Below are positions 1-11,082 of a stretch of 64,000 bases of DNA, one piece after another. The stretch is taken from the NCBI GenBank assembly GCA_963737905.1, contig CAVTUQ010000028.1, positions 160,001 through 224,000 of the forward strand. The letters are read 5' to 3'. Within the stretch, counting starts at the first letter, position 1; every line of letters starts with the position of its first letter. The position numbers and the translations under genes were made by a program. Source of the DNA: an uncultured delta proteobacterium. GTDB taxonomy: Bacteria; Desulfobacterota; Binatia; UBA9968. The notes beneath the pieces were generated by a model. That model did not search any database and had not been told where the DNA came from. It worked only from the letters and a program-made list of their open reading frames with translations.

Positions 1-239
1 AAGACTCCTGATCCAGCCCGTACGATCGATACCTGAATGAAGGGGTAGTCCTTCTGAAAGACGTCGGCCATCGGCTTGGAATCTTGCAACCCCGCACTCG
101 TGTACCAAACCACCTCGCCTTCTTTTTTGGCTCTCTCGATAAGAGCCGGCCGATCGGTTTCCTGACCGACCGCGGGAGCACCCGCTCCCACCGCGATGAA
201 AAGACAAATCAAGATCCGACGAAACAACCTTGGAAACAT
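1..239 (-). CDS. ABC transporter extracellular solute-binding protein, N-terminal part (runs off window)
   Basis: Manual translation MFPRLFRRILICLFIAVGAGAPAVGQETDRPALIERAKKEGEVVWYTSAG...; signal peptide, AKKEGEVVWYT motif typical of Fe3+/polyamine-type SBPs, GGAGGAGG RBS. Confidence 0.8.
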   Translation of the reverse strand, partial: MFPRLFRRILICLFIAVGAGAPAVGQETDRPALIERAKKEGEVVWYTSAGLQDSKPMADVFQKDYPFIQVSIVRAGSGV

Positions 240-412
240 ACCTCCTCCGTCATACCCGCGGACGCATCCATTGATTCATGCCCTGTTCTCGCGCTTGGGA
301 ATTTGCATTTCAATTTCTTTCTTCGTGCTCCCTTCGGCTTTGCTCAGGGCATGCTTCGCTCCTTCTTTGAAAAATACGAGCCCGGATGTGTTTCGGTCAG
401 TTCAAGGAAGGC

Positions 413-507
413 GTCATTCCAGCATGGAGTGCTGGAATCCAGGCCGACACGGATGTCTCCGGACGCATCCTGCGCACCTGGATGCCGGCCATCCATGCCG
501 GCATGAC
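413..507. repeat. REP/MITE-like double-palindrome element (GTCATTCC...GGAATCC / GGATGCCGG...CCGGCATGAC)
   Basis: Close reverse-complement copy at 52151..52246 and a related element at 46639..46715. Confidence 0.8.
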
Positions 508-667
508 GAACTCTTTATTTTCATGTTTTGTGGGCGAGCGTAAGATTATGAATCACTTCGTGGTCAAATCTCTGGCTCAGTTCCGAACCCTCCTCGACCC
601 GATTCACCATCCTCCATCCTCGATCCTCGGTCTCTGTTCCGGTTGCGGCCCCGCCGCGCTAGGTCCG

Positions 668-1756
668 CTACTTCTCCTCGTATTCTTTGAGCGCATCCAA
701 ACGCGGTTCGAGACCCAGGCCCGGCGTTTCCGCCAGCGTTACCCAGTCATCCTTCGGAGCCGGCGGGTTGTGGTAGATCGCGTCCCCGACTTTCCACATG
801 TCGACATGAAATTCCACCCGCCAGCCATTGGCCATCCCGGCATGCAAATGCATGTTGTGATGCGGCCAACCGCCACCGTTGGCAATCGGCAAATTGAATG
901 CCTGCGCCATGGCGGCTACTTTGACCGCTTCCGTATAGCCACCCACCGAGCAGACGTTGGGCTGAACGATATCCACCGCGCGGTTGACGATCAGCTCCCG
1001 GTGGCGGAAACGGTGGCCTTCGTTCTGTCCGGCGGCGATAGGTATGGAGGTATGCCGGCGGAGATCCGCCAATAAATGCGCATCGTTCTGATAGACCGGT
1101 TCCTCGAACCAGGTGATGCGATACGGCTCCACCAACTTGCAAAGCTCCAGGGCTCGATTGAACGAAAAAAGATAGTTGGCATCGATCATCAATTCCACTT
1201 TCTCCCCCACGGCCTCGCGCACCGCATGCACGCGCTCAGCGTCTACGTTGGGGTTTTCAGGATCGACGGCGACGACCATCTTCAGCCGGTGCGCTCCCTG
1301 AGCGACAAAAGTTTTGGCCGCCTCGACGAGCTGCTCCTTGGTGTATTGCTTGAGCCCGAACGTCACATAGGCGGGCACCGGGTTCTGCGCTCCACCGAGC
1401 AAACGCCAGACCGGTTCCTTGTAATATTTGCCCTTGATGTCCCAGAGAGCGATATCGATGGCGCTTACCGCGGAGCTCCACATTCCCGTTTGCGCCCGCG
1501 GGTTGAATGTCGTGTACAACTGGTGCCAGATACGCTCGGTCTCAACGGGGTTTTTGCCTCGCAGGAACGGCGCGGCCTCCCGGTTGATGAACTCCCTGGC
1601 GCCAAAACGCTGCGCCGCCCGGGTAAGTCCGTAACCCGTGATACCCTGGTCGGTTTCAACGGCGACAAATACAATTGCGGTCCAAACCTTCTCTTTCAGG
1701 AGCGGCATATCTACAGGAATCCGATGGAGAGTCGCCTTAACGTCAGTGATCTGCAT
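668..1756 (-). CDS. Mandelate racemase/muconate lactonizing enzyme family (enolase superfamily)
   Basis: SAIDIALWDIKGK, KMVV, MIDAN, WFEEP, AAGQN, DIVQPN motifs. Confidence 0.92.
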   Translation of the reverse strand: MQITDVKATLHRIPVDMPLLKEKVWTAIVFVAVETDQGITGYGLTRAAQRFGAREFINREAAPFLRGKNPVETERIWHQLYTTFNPRAQTGMWSSAVSAIDIALWDIKGKYYKEPVWRLLGGAQNPVPAYVTFGLKQYTKEQLVEAAKTFVAQGAHRLKMVVAVDPENPNVDAERVHAVREAVGEKVELMIDANYLFSFNRALELCKLVEPYRITWFEEPVYQNDAHLLADLRRHTSIPIAAGQNEGHRFRHRELIVNRAVDIVQPNVCSVGGYTEAVKVAAMAQAFNLPIANGGGWPHHNMHLHAGMANGWRVEFHVDMWKVGDAIYHNPPAPKDDWVTLAETPGLGLEPRLDALKEYEEK

Positions 1757-1931
1757 ATGTCACCTCGTGTACTGTTTTCGTGTGCCACAGTTACAACGGA
1801 TGAAATCAACAAGTCAAACTTACGACGACTCGGACGGTTCATGCTTCGACTGAGCTCCGCACGAACGGTCAATGATCTCTGCGAACTCGCCGCCTCTGTG
1901 GTGAATACTTCTTCACAGAAACCCGTATCTC

Positions 1932-1967
1932 AAAAAAAAGCCCGGTCTGGGTATTCCCCAGCCGGGC
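1932..1967 (-). terminator. Rho-independent terminator
   Basis: Minus strand GCCCGGCTGGGGAATACCCAGACCGGGC followed by T8, downstream of the FAD oxidoreductase gene. Confidence 0.65.
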
Positions 1968-2109
1968 GAAGAAGAAGACGACGGTTAAACTTTTGGTCTA
2001 CCGTCGCCTTGGAGCTGCCAAAAAATTATCCGCTAAGCGTAGTTTTGTTTTCGCCAAAGTCTCTACTTTAGGGACTTCAGGCATTCCTGTGAAGTCGGAC
2101 TCGGAGATT

Positions 2110-2206
2110 GCAGAGGACGCGGAGTAAAGAGCTCTTGATTAAAAAATTCTCCGAACTCTGTGAACTCGGCGCCTCTGCGGTGAATACTTCCTCACAGAAA
2201 ACCCGG
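2110..2206. repeat. Dispersed palindromic element of the GCAGAG..GCGGAG / CTCTGTG..CTCTGCGGTGAA family (~9-nt periodic arms)
   Basis: Related copies at ~1877-1925, 10900-11042, 46562-46812 and 49635-49765; most share the GGTGAAT..T..TCACAG.AAACCC tail. Confidence 0.75.
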
Positions 2207-2213
2207 AATAACC

Positions 2214-3404
2214 TTATATCCCGGGCTGAGTACCGACGCTCCGCTGTGCCCGTCTTTCCCAGATTCCTCGGGGTAAAACCATGCCGAAACCCAGCAAGCG
2301 AGGCTGAGCCCATAGAATTCGGCAAAGCATATGCGCCGCTTGGTCCCGATTGTAGCGACCCAATAGAAGAATCGTTTTTTCATTGAGCAGAGCAAGCAGC
2401 CGGTCATAATCTCTACTACGAAACCGGTTTAAGACACACCTGAGGATCAAGTGCAGGCCGAGTTCGCGCCGGAGCGGTTTTAATTCCGTCAAATAGTCCC
2501 TGCGTCGCAGAATCGCATCGGCCGCCGCTTTCGCGCCCCGAAGTCCGGTCACAAGCCCGCCCACCGTTGTCACCTTGACCTGGGCGGCAGCATCGCCCAC
2601 GAGATAGACATCGGCGCCGGAAACATTCTTCCATTGGCGCGTGAAATGACTGTACGCGGGTACGCGAGCGGCCTGAATGTCTAGAATCTCTAAGCCTTGT
2701 CGAGCCAGAAACTTTTCGAGTTTAGTTCTACCGTGCTTGCCTTCCTCGGCGATAAAGCCCACCGCCGCCTGTTTTTGCGACTCCGGAATCAACCAGTAAA
2801 AGTACGGCGTATCTTCGGGCTCGAACCAAACTTGAGTCGTGTTCACACTGGCTCCGTCCGGCAGCTTGACGATCGCCTGAAGGATCGGCGTCGTCCCATG
2901 ACCGTCGCCGGTGGCCATTTTTGCCACGCGACTGAAACTCCCGTCGGCGCCGACCAGCGTTTTGGTTTTGAATTTCTCGACGCGATTTCGATACGTATCG
3001 TTAATGGTAACCGTGACCCCTTGTTCCGCGGGCTCGAGACTGAGAAACTTGCAGCCGCCCCGGATTTCAACCCCTTCATCGAGAGCTCTTTGGGCAAGTA
3101 AGCGAACCACCGTAGAACGCTCGACAACGAGATCCGGCATTTGCATCGGGATCGTCACCGACCGCCCCGGAGAAAACAGATCGATTTGTGTGATCTTATT
3201 GCAAACCGCGTCGCGCGGGAAAAAACCCAGAACGTCCGTCAAATGAGAGGTCGTGATCAACGTGCGTGATTCTGTATGCAGCACGTCGTTCGCATCAAAG
3301 AGCCGTACTCTCTTACCTTCGCGCGCCAGCAAGTAAGCTGCGAACAGACCCGCTGCCGAACCACCGACGATATCGACTTCCGCCACGTCCCCGATTGCTT
3401 TCAT
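2214..3404 (-). CDS. NAD(P)/FAD-dependent oxidoreductase, geranylgeranyl reductase-like
   Basis: IVGGSAAGL Rossmann-like motif, VGADGSFS, YFYWLIP, LVGDAAAQVKVTTVGG. Confidence 0.85.
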   Translation of the reverse strand: MKAIGDVAEVDIVGGSAAGLFAAYLLAREGKRVRLFDANDVLHTESRTLITTSHLTDVLGFFPRDAVCNKITQIDLFSPGRSVTIPMQMPDLVVERSTVVRLLAQRALDEGVEIRGGCKFLSLEPAEQGVTVTINDTYRNRVEKFKTKTLVGADGSFSRVAKMATGDGHGTTPILQAIVKLPDGASVNTTQVWFEPEDTPYFYWLIPESQKQAAVGFIAEEGKHGRTKLEKFLARQGLEILDIQAARVPAYSHFTRQWKNVSGADVYLVGDAAAQVKVTTVGGLVTGLRGAKAAADAILRRRDYLTELKPLRRELGLHLILRCVLNRFRSRDYDRLLALLNEKTILLLGRYNRDQAAHMLCRILWAQPRLLGFGMVLPRGIWERRAQRSVGTQPGI

Positions 3405-3433
3405 CTATCGATTTATTCGCCCTACCTGTATGA

Positions 3434-4005
3434 AAGCACGGAGCATGGAGCGCGGAGCACGGAGCCGGACGGGGAAATTTCGGATTTCGAATTTCGGATT
3501 GTTTTCCGACTTCTGCTCTCGTGCTCCGTGCGCTCTGCTAGTTGCTCTTTGCTCCTGCGCTTACCGCTTAGCTCCTAGCGCTTTGCTCTTGGCTCCCCGC
3601 TCCAAGCTCCCTGCTCCCAGCTGTTTTTCAAATCCGCAATCCGCAATCCGAAATTGTTCTTTGCTCTTACCGCTTCCTCTTGCTCCCTGCTCTGAACCAG
3701 AGGTCAGAGATCGAGACATGTTCAGCCGCCGAATCAGTAAATTCGCAGATGCAGAAACCCGATCTAAATTCGCAATGCAGAAACCCGAAAGGCTCAAGTC
3801 AGAGGCCAGCAATTTCGCAATCTCCGCAATCTATCTTACTTAGCTCTTTGCGCTTAGCTCTTAGTCTTAGTAAATCCGCAATTCGCAATTCGAAATCCGC
3901 AATTGTCTTTGCTCTTCCCCCTTACCCCTTACCTATTTGCTCTTAGCTCCCTGCTCTCTTGCTCCCTGCCCCCTGCTCCCCGCTCCAAGCTCCCTGCTCC
4001 TTGCT
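3434..4005. repeat. Mosaic of degenerate heptamer tandem repeats (GAGCNNG/GCTCCNT, AATYCGM, TTWGCTC, TCAGAGG families)
   Basis: 7-nt periodicity readable directly, e.g. gagcacg gagcatg gagcgcg; aatccgc aatccgc aatccga; both orientations present. Confidence 0.85.
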
Positions 4006-4192
4006 GTTCACCAAGTTGCCGGCCAGTAGACAGCGTCTACAGCAAGCAAATACCAACGCTTTTCAGATAGTTAGATGTTTTTACCTCGCGAGCTGACACC
4101 TGCGGTGAAAGCACTCGGATCTTACCAGGGCACTTCATGGAAAAATATCTCTTGTATTCAACGGTTTAGAGTAAATCCAAAATAGGATCAAT

Positions 4193-4208
4193 TGGCATAA
4201 CGGTTGCT
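4193..4208 (+). promoter_or_regulatory. Sigma-54 (-24/-12) promoter
   Basis: TGGCATAACGGTTGCT: GG-N10-GC consensus ~40 nt upstream of the FecR gene. Confidence 0.65.
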
Positions 4209-4248
4209 CCTGTGATACTACAGATTAACCCAGGAAAGAAGAAAAAAA

Positions 4249-4791
4249 ATGGCAAAAGTGATTCAGATGTTTCTGCAGTTACACGGGTGGAAGGGAAGCG
4301 CAGGACCGCAGAGACTCACGCGGCTGGTTTTCGCGCTTTTGGCTGGAGCAATCTTCACGTTGCTAGCCACGATCCCTGCCCTGGCGCAGACCCGTCAGGA
4401 GCAGGCCGAGCTAAAAGTGGTGGTGGGCGAAGTAGAGGTGCTCAGAAGAGGTACGACGACCTGGCAGGCGGCAAGCGTCGGGATGTTCCTTTCGGCCGGC
4501 GATGAGATCCGCGCCGCGCAAGATTCCGGGGCGGAGCTCGCTATGACTGACGGGAGCGTGGTCATGGTGTTCGCCCGGAGCCGGTTGCAGATCAAACAGC
4601 TCACGACCGACGCCGCGACCCGCACGTCATTTTTCCATCTGGTTGTCGGGGTAGTTCGGTACATTGTCGCGAAACCTGCAGTAACCTTGATCGGAACGCG
4701 TCAGAACGTTTTCTCCATCTCGACTCCGACGGCAGTCATGGCCGCAAGAGGCACAGACGGAATTATTTCCTACTACCCATCGCAGAACTAG
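4249..4791 (+). CDS. FecR domain-containing secreted protein (short paralog of 48478..49479)
   Basis: Signal peptide, GEVEV...L.AGDEIRA..DS.AEL...DGS, ISTPTAVMAARGT FecR motifs. Confidence 0.85.
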   Translation: MAKVIQMFLQLHGWKGSAGPQRLTRLVFALLAGAIFTLLATIPALAQTRQEQAELKVVVGEVEVLRRGTTTWQAASVGMFLSAGDEIRAAQDSGAELAMTDGSVVMVFARSRLQIKQLTTDAATRTSFFHLVVGVVRYIVAKPAVTLIGTRQNVFSISTPTAVMAARGTDGIISYYPSQN

Positions 4792-4967
4792 CACTATAGC
4801 AGGGAGCTTGGAGCGCGGAGCATGGAGCCGCTCTTTGCTCCCAGAGCCGGACAGCAAAAAGCGAAGCGCAAAGCGCCAAGAGTGAAGAGAAATCCGAAAT
4901 TCGCAATCCGCAATTACTTAGCTTCGCGCTCCATGCTCCCTGCTCTTAGCTCTTACCTCTCTGCCCT

Positions 4968-5648
4968 TTAGCGTTCCTGAAATTCGAAATCCGCAATCCG
5001 AAATTCGCAATTGCTTAGCTCCTTAGCTCTCTTGCTCCGCTGCTCCCTGCTTAACTTGCTCCCTGCTCTCCTGTCCCCATACACCCCCCGTCGCTGGAAC
5101 AACAGAACGAAAGCTTTCGCGAGAATGTAGGCGTCCAATCGGAGTGACCAGTTGTCAACGTACCAGACGTCCATCCGAACCCGCTCATTCCAGGGAACCA
5201 GGTTTCTGCCATGGATCCACGCCCATCCGGCCATCCCTGGCCTGAAATCAAATCGCCTGCTTTCTGACGGTCCGCAGTACGCGGCTTCGCTCGGTACCCA
5301 GGGCCGCGGCCCGACGATGCTCATGTCACCCTTGAGGACATTGAGGAGCTGCGGCAGCTCGTCCAGAGTCCATTTGCGCAACCAGCGCCCGACTCGCGTG
5401 ATGCGATCATCGTTCTCGCTTACAATCAGCCCATTCCCGATGGACTCAGCTCCGATCACCATGGTGCGGAATTTGTAGCAGCGAAACCTTCGCCGGTTCC
5501 TCCCCACACGATCCTGCACGAACAGAACTGGCCCGCCGTCATCCAACTTGATCGCCAGCGAGATCAAAGCGATGAGCGGAGAGAGCAGCAGCAGCGCGCT
5601 TGCTGCGACAACGATATCGAAGAGACGCTTCACGGCGAGGCTGACCAT
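4968..5648 (-). CDS. Bacterial sugar transferase (priming phosphoglycosyltransferase, PglC/WcaJ C-terminal type)
   Basis: KRLFDIVVA, F.Q.RVG, YKFRTM, DELPQLLNVLKGDMSIVGPRP; last ~35 aa are read through heptamer repeats. Confidence 0.93.
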   Translation of the reverse strand: MVSLAVKRLFDIVVAASALLLLSPLIALISLAIKLDDGGPVLFVQDRVGRNRRRFRCYKFRTMVIGAESIGNGLIVSENDDRITRVGRWLRKWTLDELPQLLNVLKGDMSIVGPRPWVPSEAAYCGPSESRRFDFRPGMAGWAWIHGRNLVPWNERVRMDVWYVDNWSLRLDAYILAKAFVLLFQRRGVYGDRRAGSKLSREQRSKRAKELSNCEFRIADFEFQER

Positions 5649-5651
5649 TGG

Positions 5652-6374
5652 AATTTCGGATTTCGGATTTCGGATTGCGGATTTATAACAGCAAACATAG
5701 CCTATGAAGAATTTTGGATTGCGGAGGAGGTATTATCTCGATGACAGAAAGATAAGTTTGTGAACTTGCAATTCAAAAATTTAAAATACTGACGAGCTGT
5801 TGCGGTCGAATCAGAAATTCGACATACGAAATCCGAAATTCGAAATTTCCTCAGACCGGCTTTGGCTTGTTCGCTCGCGTCGATCTTCCTATAGCGATGA
5901 AGATTGACAGGAGTTCACCAGCTTCCTTCAGTAAAGTCGTCCGGGCTTCAGTAATACCAAGGGAGACCTCCTCCATTACTTCTAGCCAGTACTGGGTTTC
6001 TGCAATTTCTTTTTCGACGATCCCGATCTTGTGGACAAAATCTGCGCGAGATTGCGCGCGATTAGCTTCGCGATAGTTCGCCCCGACTGATGTTCCTGAT
6101 TTCAGTAATTGATAGCCCAAAACGTCCGAAGTTTTCTTCTTCGGTAGCTCTTCCACGAAAAGGATAACGCTGACGGCGAACTTTTTCGTCCGTCGCTCTA
6201 GCTCATGCTTGTCCATGAAAGTACATTTCGGATTTCGGAATTGTTCTGAGTCGGGGTTAGGAAATCAAGAAGCGACCAGACAATCGAAAACATTTAGGAG
6301 CGTCTCAACACTTTGGTACCGGGCGAGTCCGGACAAATTCGAAATCCGCAATCCGAAATTCGAAATCCGCAATC
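5652..6374. mobile_element. Four-helix-bundle cassette copy 1 bounded by AATYCGM heptamer inverted arms
   Basis: Whole ~720-bp unit, including non-coding flanks, recurs at 12910..13607; mobility is inferred from the duplication. Confidence 0.6.
5851..6216 (-). CDS. Four helix bundle protein (23S rRNA IVP / TIGR02436-type)
   Basis: RTKKFA...QLLKSGTSVGANYREANRAQSRADFVHK...KE..ET.YWLE. Confidence 0.92.
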   Translation of the reverse strand: MDKHELERRTKKFAVSVILFVEELPKKKTSDVLGYQLLKSGTSVGANYREANRAQSRADFVHKIGIVEKEIAETQYWLEVMEEVSLGITEARTTLLKEAGELLSIFIAIGRSTRANKPKPV

Positions 6375-6454
6375 GCCTTTGCTCTTAGCTTTCTTGCTCC
6401 CTGCTCCCAGCTCATCCTTTACACAAATCCTACCGCTTGTTATAAATACTCGGA

Positions 6455-6757
6455 GTGGCTAAAAACCCAAAAAAAGCGGCATCTTACTCCGCGGTTTACA
6501 CGGTGGAGGAGTTCGCCAAAATTTTTAAGCTTTCACCGCAATCGGTACGAACCCTCATCCGAACGGGCGAGATTCCAGCCATTCGTATTGGGAAACAGCA
6601 CCGTATCCCTCAGGCGGTTGTCGACCACTATTTCGCTCAAGCGACCTCACCTCGGGAACGTGGGTTCGGCATGTGGAAAAAGAACCGCGTCCCAAGTCTT
6701 ACCTACGTCAACAAGCTGCGAGATCAAGAACAAAAAAAGCACAGAGCATGGAGCTAG
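6455..6757 (+). CDS. Excisionase-type helix-turn-helix protein, antitoxin-like, C-terminus runs into repeats
   Basis: YTVEEFA...V...IRTGEIPAIRIGKQHRIP (HTH_17-like) plus GFGMWK; opposite strand to the cluster. Confidence 0.7.
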   Translation: MAKNPKKAASYSAVYTVEEFAKIFKLSPQSVRTLIRTGEIPAIRIGKQHRIPQAVVDHYFAQATSPRERGFGMWKKNRVPSLTYVNKLRDQEQKKHRAWS

Positions 6758-7112
6758 GAGCGTGGAGCCGCCCTTAGCTCTTCATCCTTCGCACGTACCG
6801 CTTCGCGCTTATCTCTTAGTCCACAGTAAATCCGCAATTCGCAATTCGAAATCCGCAATTGGCTTCGCTCCCTGCTGTCGCTACCAGAGATCAGAGGTCG
6901 GAAGTCAGAGGTCAGAAAATTCGCAATCCGCAATCCGAAATTCGCAATTCCCTTTGCTCTTCCCCCTCACCCCTTTGCTCTTAGCAGTCTTTTAAATTCG
7001 CAATCCGCAATTCGAAATTCGAAATCGCCTTTGCCCTTAGCTCTCTTGCTCCGCGCTCCAAGCTCCCCGCTCCATGCTCTTACCCCTTACCCCTTTGCTC
7101 TTTGCCCCTTTC
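6738..7112. repeat. Heptamer repeat mosaic (four families)
   Basis: gagcatg; aatccgc aattcgc aattcga; tcagagg tcggaag tcagagg; ttacccc ttacccc tttgctc. Confidence 0.8.
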
Positions 7113-7114
7113 CC

Positions 7115-8344
7115 TCACCCCCCTGCCACCCTCCTCAACAGTTCGTCATACTGCGCAACCGCAACGTGCTTGGAGTGGTGCGCTTCCGCGTATCGGCGGC
7201 CTTGCTGCCCCATCTGCTCGCGCAGCGCGGCATCTTCATACAGCGTCACAATGGATTCGGCCAGGCGCTCAGCATCGCCGGGGCTAATGCAAAGACCACA
7301 GCCCGCGCTCGCCACAGCGCGCGCGACTTCGCTGTCGTGTTCCGCCGCTGCCAGGAGCGGCCGGCCGCTTGCCATGATTTCGTAGATCTTGGATGAAAAC
7401 GAATCGTTGGCCGCACCGTTTCGATATAAAGAGACTTGCACGTCCGAGGAGGCCCTCATCCACGGCAGGTTTTCGCGCGGCTGAAACGGCAGGAAGCGCA
7501 CATTGGTCAGCCTCAGCTTCGCAGCCTTTTCTTCCAGCTCGGCTTTCGCCACCCCATTGCCGACTATTAGAAAAAATATATCGCGCTGCTCCCTGAGGAG
7601 CAGGGCCGCATCCAGCAGGGTGTCGAGATCGTACACGTAGCCGAGGCTCCCCGCATAGCTGACGACAAATTTGTCAGACAAACCCTGTTCGCGGCTGAAA
7701 TCGTTTTCCCTCGGCAGCGGGCGAATAAATTCCGTATCGACGAAATTCGGGATCACCGAAACTTTTTGCTTCGGCACCTTCTTGGCCAACAAGCTCTCCC
7801 GCATGGCTGAAGTGATGACCGTCACATGCGCCGCTTTGCGGTACATGAAATTTTCCATCGACCTCAGGGCGGCGATGGCGTAAGGATTGTGAAGTTGGCC
7901 GGCACGAATCGGCACATCAGGGTAGAGGTCCTGAACGTTGTAGATGAACGGGGCTGATTTCAAATTTTCGAGCACCCACGCCGACAAGCCGCTGAAAAAA
8001 GAGCCGTTGGGACAGAGCACGACATCCCAGGCCCGCCGCGACAGCGCTCCGGTCACAGTTGCCAATGCGTTGTAGGAGACATAACTCATGAGCCGGTTAG
8101 CCATAGTTTTTTTTCCGGGAGCGTAGACATAAAGCCGAGTAACATCCATCTCCCCGTAACGCTCGTGCTCGACCAGCTTGCCGCGGTACTCATCCCACAC
8201 GCGAAAATTTTCATAATGCGGAAACGCCGTGATCACCGAGACCTCGTGGCCTCGTGCCGCCAACCCCTCGCAAAGCTGCGCCATCAGCAATCCGGTCGGA
8301 TTCACATCGGGCGGAAATTGGATGATAGGGAGGAGAATGCGCAT
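7115..8344 (-). CDS. Glycosyltransferase family 4 (WcaI/WbuB-like)
   Basis: FPPD...GHEVSVITAFPHY, QDLYPD, VIPNFVD, SKIYEIMASGRP. Confidence 0.9.
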   Translation of the reverse strand: MRILLPIIQFPPDVNPTGLLMAQLCEGLAARGHEVSVITAFPHYENFRVWDEYRGKLVEHERYGEMDVTRLYVYAPGKKTMANRLMSYVSYNALATVTGALSRRAWDVVLCPNGSFFSGLSAWVLENLKSAPFIYNVQDLYPDVPIRAGQLHNPYAIAALRSMENFMYRKAAHVTVITSAMRESLLAKKVPKQKVSVIPNFVDTEFIRPLPRENDFSREQGLSDKFVVSYAGSLGYVYDLDTLLDAALLLREQRDIFFLIVGNGVAKAELEEKAAKLRLTNVRFLPFQPRENLPWMRASSDVQVSLYRNGAANDSFSSKIYEIMASGRPLLAAAEHDSEVARAVASAGCGLCISPGDAERLAESIVTLYEDAALREQMGQQGRRYAEAHHSKHVAVAQYDELLRRVAGG

Positions 8345-8349
8345 GGCTG

Positions 8350-9670
<1,321 letters not shown>

Positions 9671-9673
9671 TAA

Positions 9674-10681
9674 TTATCGATAGTTAGTCATATGCGCTTC
9701 GCGCCGAGCTAGCTCCAGGTCGGCTTCGACCATGATCCGGACTAACTCTTCGAATTGCACTCTTGGTTCCCATTTTAATTTCCGTTTCGCCTTGGAGAAA
9801 TCGCCGACCAAGGTATCGACCTCGGCGGGACGTAGGTAGCGGCGGTCGATTTCGACATGATCGTGCCAATTCAGATCGAGCAAGCCGAACGCCTTATCAA
9901 CAAATTCCTTCACACTGTGACTCTCGCCGGTAGCGATAACGTAGTCGTCGGGCTTTTGCTGCCGCAGCATGAGCCACATAGCTTGAATGTAGTCGGGCGC
10001 ATAACCCCAGTCTCGTTTGGCCTCGAGATTACCCAGATAGAGTTTCTCTTGTAAACCGAGCTTGATTCGCGTCGCCGCCCGCGTGATCTTGCGACTAACG
10101 AAGGTCTCGCCTCGCCTCGGACTTTCATGATTAAACAGAATGCCGTTGCAAGCAAAAAGACCGTAGGCTTCGCGGTAATTGCGCACGATATAAAATCCGT
10201 AGGCCTTGGCGCAGCCGTAAGGACTGCGCGGATAAAAGGGCGTGGTTTCCTTTTGCGGAACTTCTTGAGCTAAGCCGAACAGTTCGCTCGACGACGCCTG
10301 ATAAAATTTCGGTTTGATCCCGGTTTCGCGTATCGCCTCCAACAGCCTCACCGTGCCGAGGCCGGTGATTTCGCCGGTATATTCCGGCACGTCAAAACTC
10401 ACCATGACATGGCTCTGCGCGCCCAGGTTATAGATCTCATCGGGTCGGATGTCGCGCAGTATGCGATTTAGAGAGCTCGCATCGTTCAGGTCGCCATACA
10501 CCAGCTTGAGACGCGGATTAGGCTCATGAGGATCCTGGTAAATATGATCGATGCGGCCGGTGTTGAATGAGCTGGATCGCCGTATGATGCCGTAAACGTC
10601 ATACCCTTTCTTCAGCAGGAACTCGGCCAAATACGAGCCGTCCTGCCCAGTGATACCGGTTATGAGAGCGGTGTTGGACAT
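9674..10681 (-). CDS. gmd: GDP-mannose 4,6-dehydratase
   Basis: [44 protein letters not shown]. Confidence 0.97.
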   Translation of the reverse strand: MSNTALITGITGQDGSYLAEFLLKKGYDVYGIIRRSSSFNTGRIDHIYQDPHEPNPRLKLVYGDLNDASSLNRILRDIRPDEIYNLGAQSHVMVSFDVPEYTGEITGLGTVRLLEAIRETGIKPKFYQASSSELFGLAQEVPQKETTPFYPRSPYGCAKAYGFYIVRNYREAYGLFACNGILFNHESPRRGETFVSRKITRAATRIKLGLQEKLYLGNLEAKRDWGYAPDYIQAMWLMLRQQKPDDYVIATGESHSVKEFVDKAFGLLDLNWHDHVEIDRRYLRPAEVDTLVGDFSKAKRKLKWEPRVQFEELVRIMVEADLELARREAHMTNYR

Positions 10682-10689
10682 TTTAACTA

Positions 10690-10840
10690 ATGGCGGATGG
10701 CATATGGCTTATAGCGGATAGTTTATAGCAAATGGCTTATAGCGTATGGCGGATAGCTTATGGCGGCTGGTGACGTATAGATTATAGCAAATAGCAAATG
10801 GCTGATGGCGTATGGAATATAGCTTATAGGATGGCTGGCT
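10690..10840. repeat. ATRGCNN heptamer tandem array directly upstream of gmd
   Basis: atggcgg atggcat atggctt atagcgg atagttt atagcaa atggctt atagcgt atggcgg atagctt... Confidence 0.85.
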
Positions 10841-11082
10841 TAACGCGGGCTGAGGGTATTTCTGAATGCATTTATGTTGTACCCATTGGTACATGGACTA
10901 CTCTGTGGTGAAGAACGATTCGGATATATCACCGCGGAGGCGCGGAGGGCACAGAGTAAAATTTCTCAATAAAAAATACTCCCAACTCTGTGTGCTCTGC
11001 GTCTGTGGTGAATCTTCTTTCACAGTAAACCCAGAAGAGCCTTCTTTTCCGGGTACCTGTTACTATTTGCGATCGGCATGTG

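Noticed and set aside
386-2071. Long plus-strand ORFs 386..1075 and 1076..2071 (also 44148..45098, 62872..63561)
   Set aside because: Antisense shadows of well-supported minus-strand genes.
3276-3946. ORFs such as 3430..3843, 3680..3946, 6588..6995, 9445..9687, 10709..10894 and 48217..48435
   Set aside because: They are translations of heptamer repeats (NPQSAIR, EHGAWS, LLAPCS) and not credible genes.
3434-4005. Heptamer mosaics as a CRISPR array
   Set aside because: No constant 23-47 nt repeat with unique spacers and no cas genes; units are 7 nt and degenerate.
4015-4056. Minus-strand sigma-54 promoter for the FAD oxidoreductase
   Set aside because: Candidates have 9-nt spacing or lack the -12 GC.
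5851-6216. 23S rRNA gene with intervening sequence
   Set aside because: No rRNA sequence is recognisable; the flanks are protein-coding polysaccharide genes.
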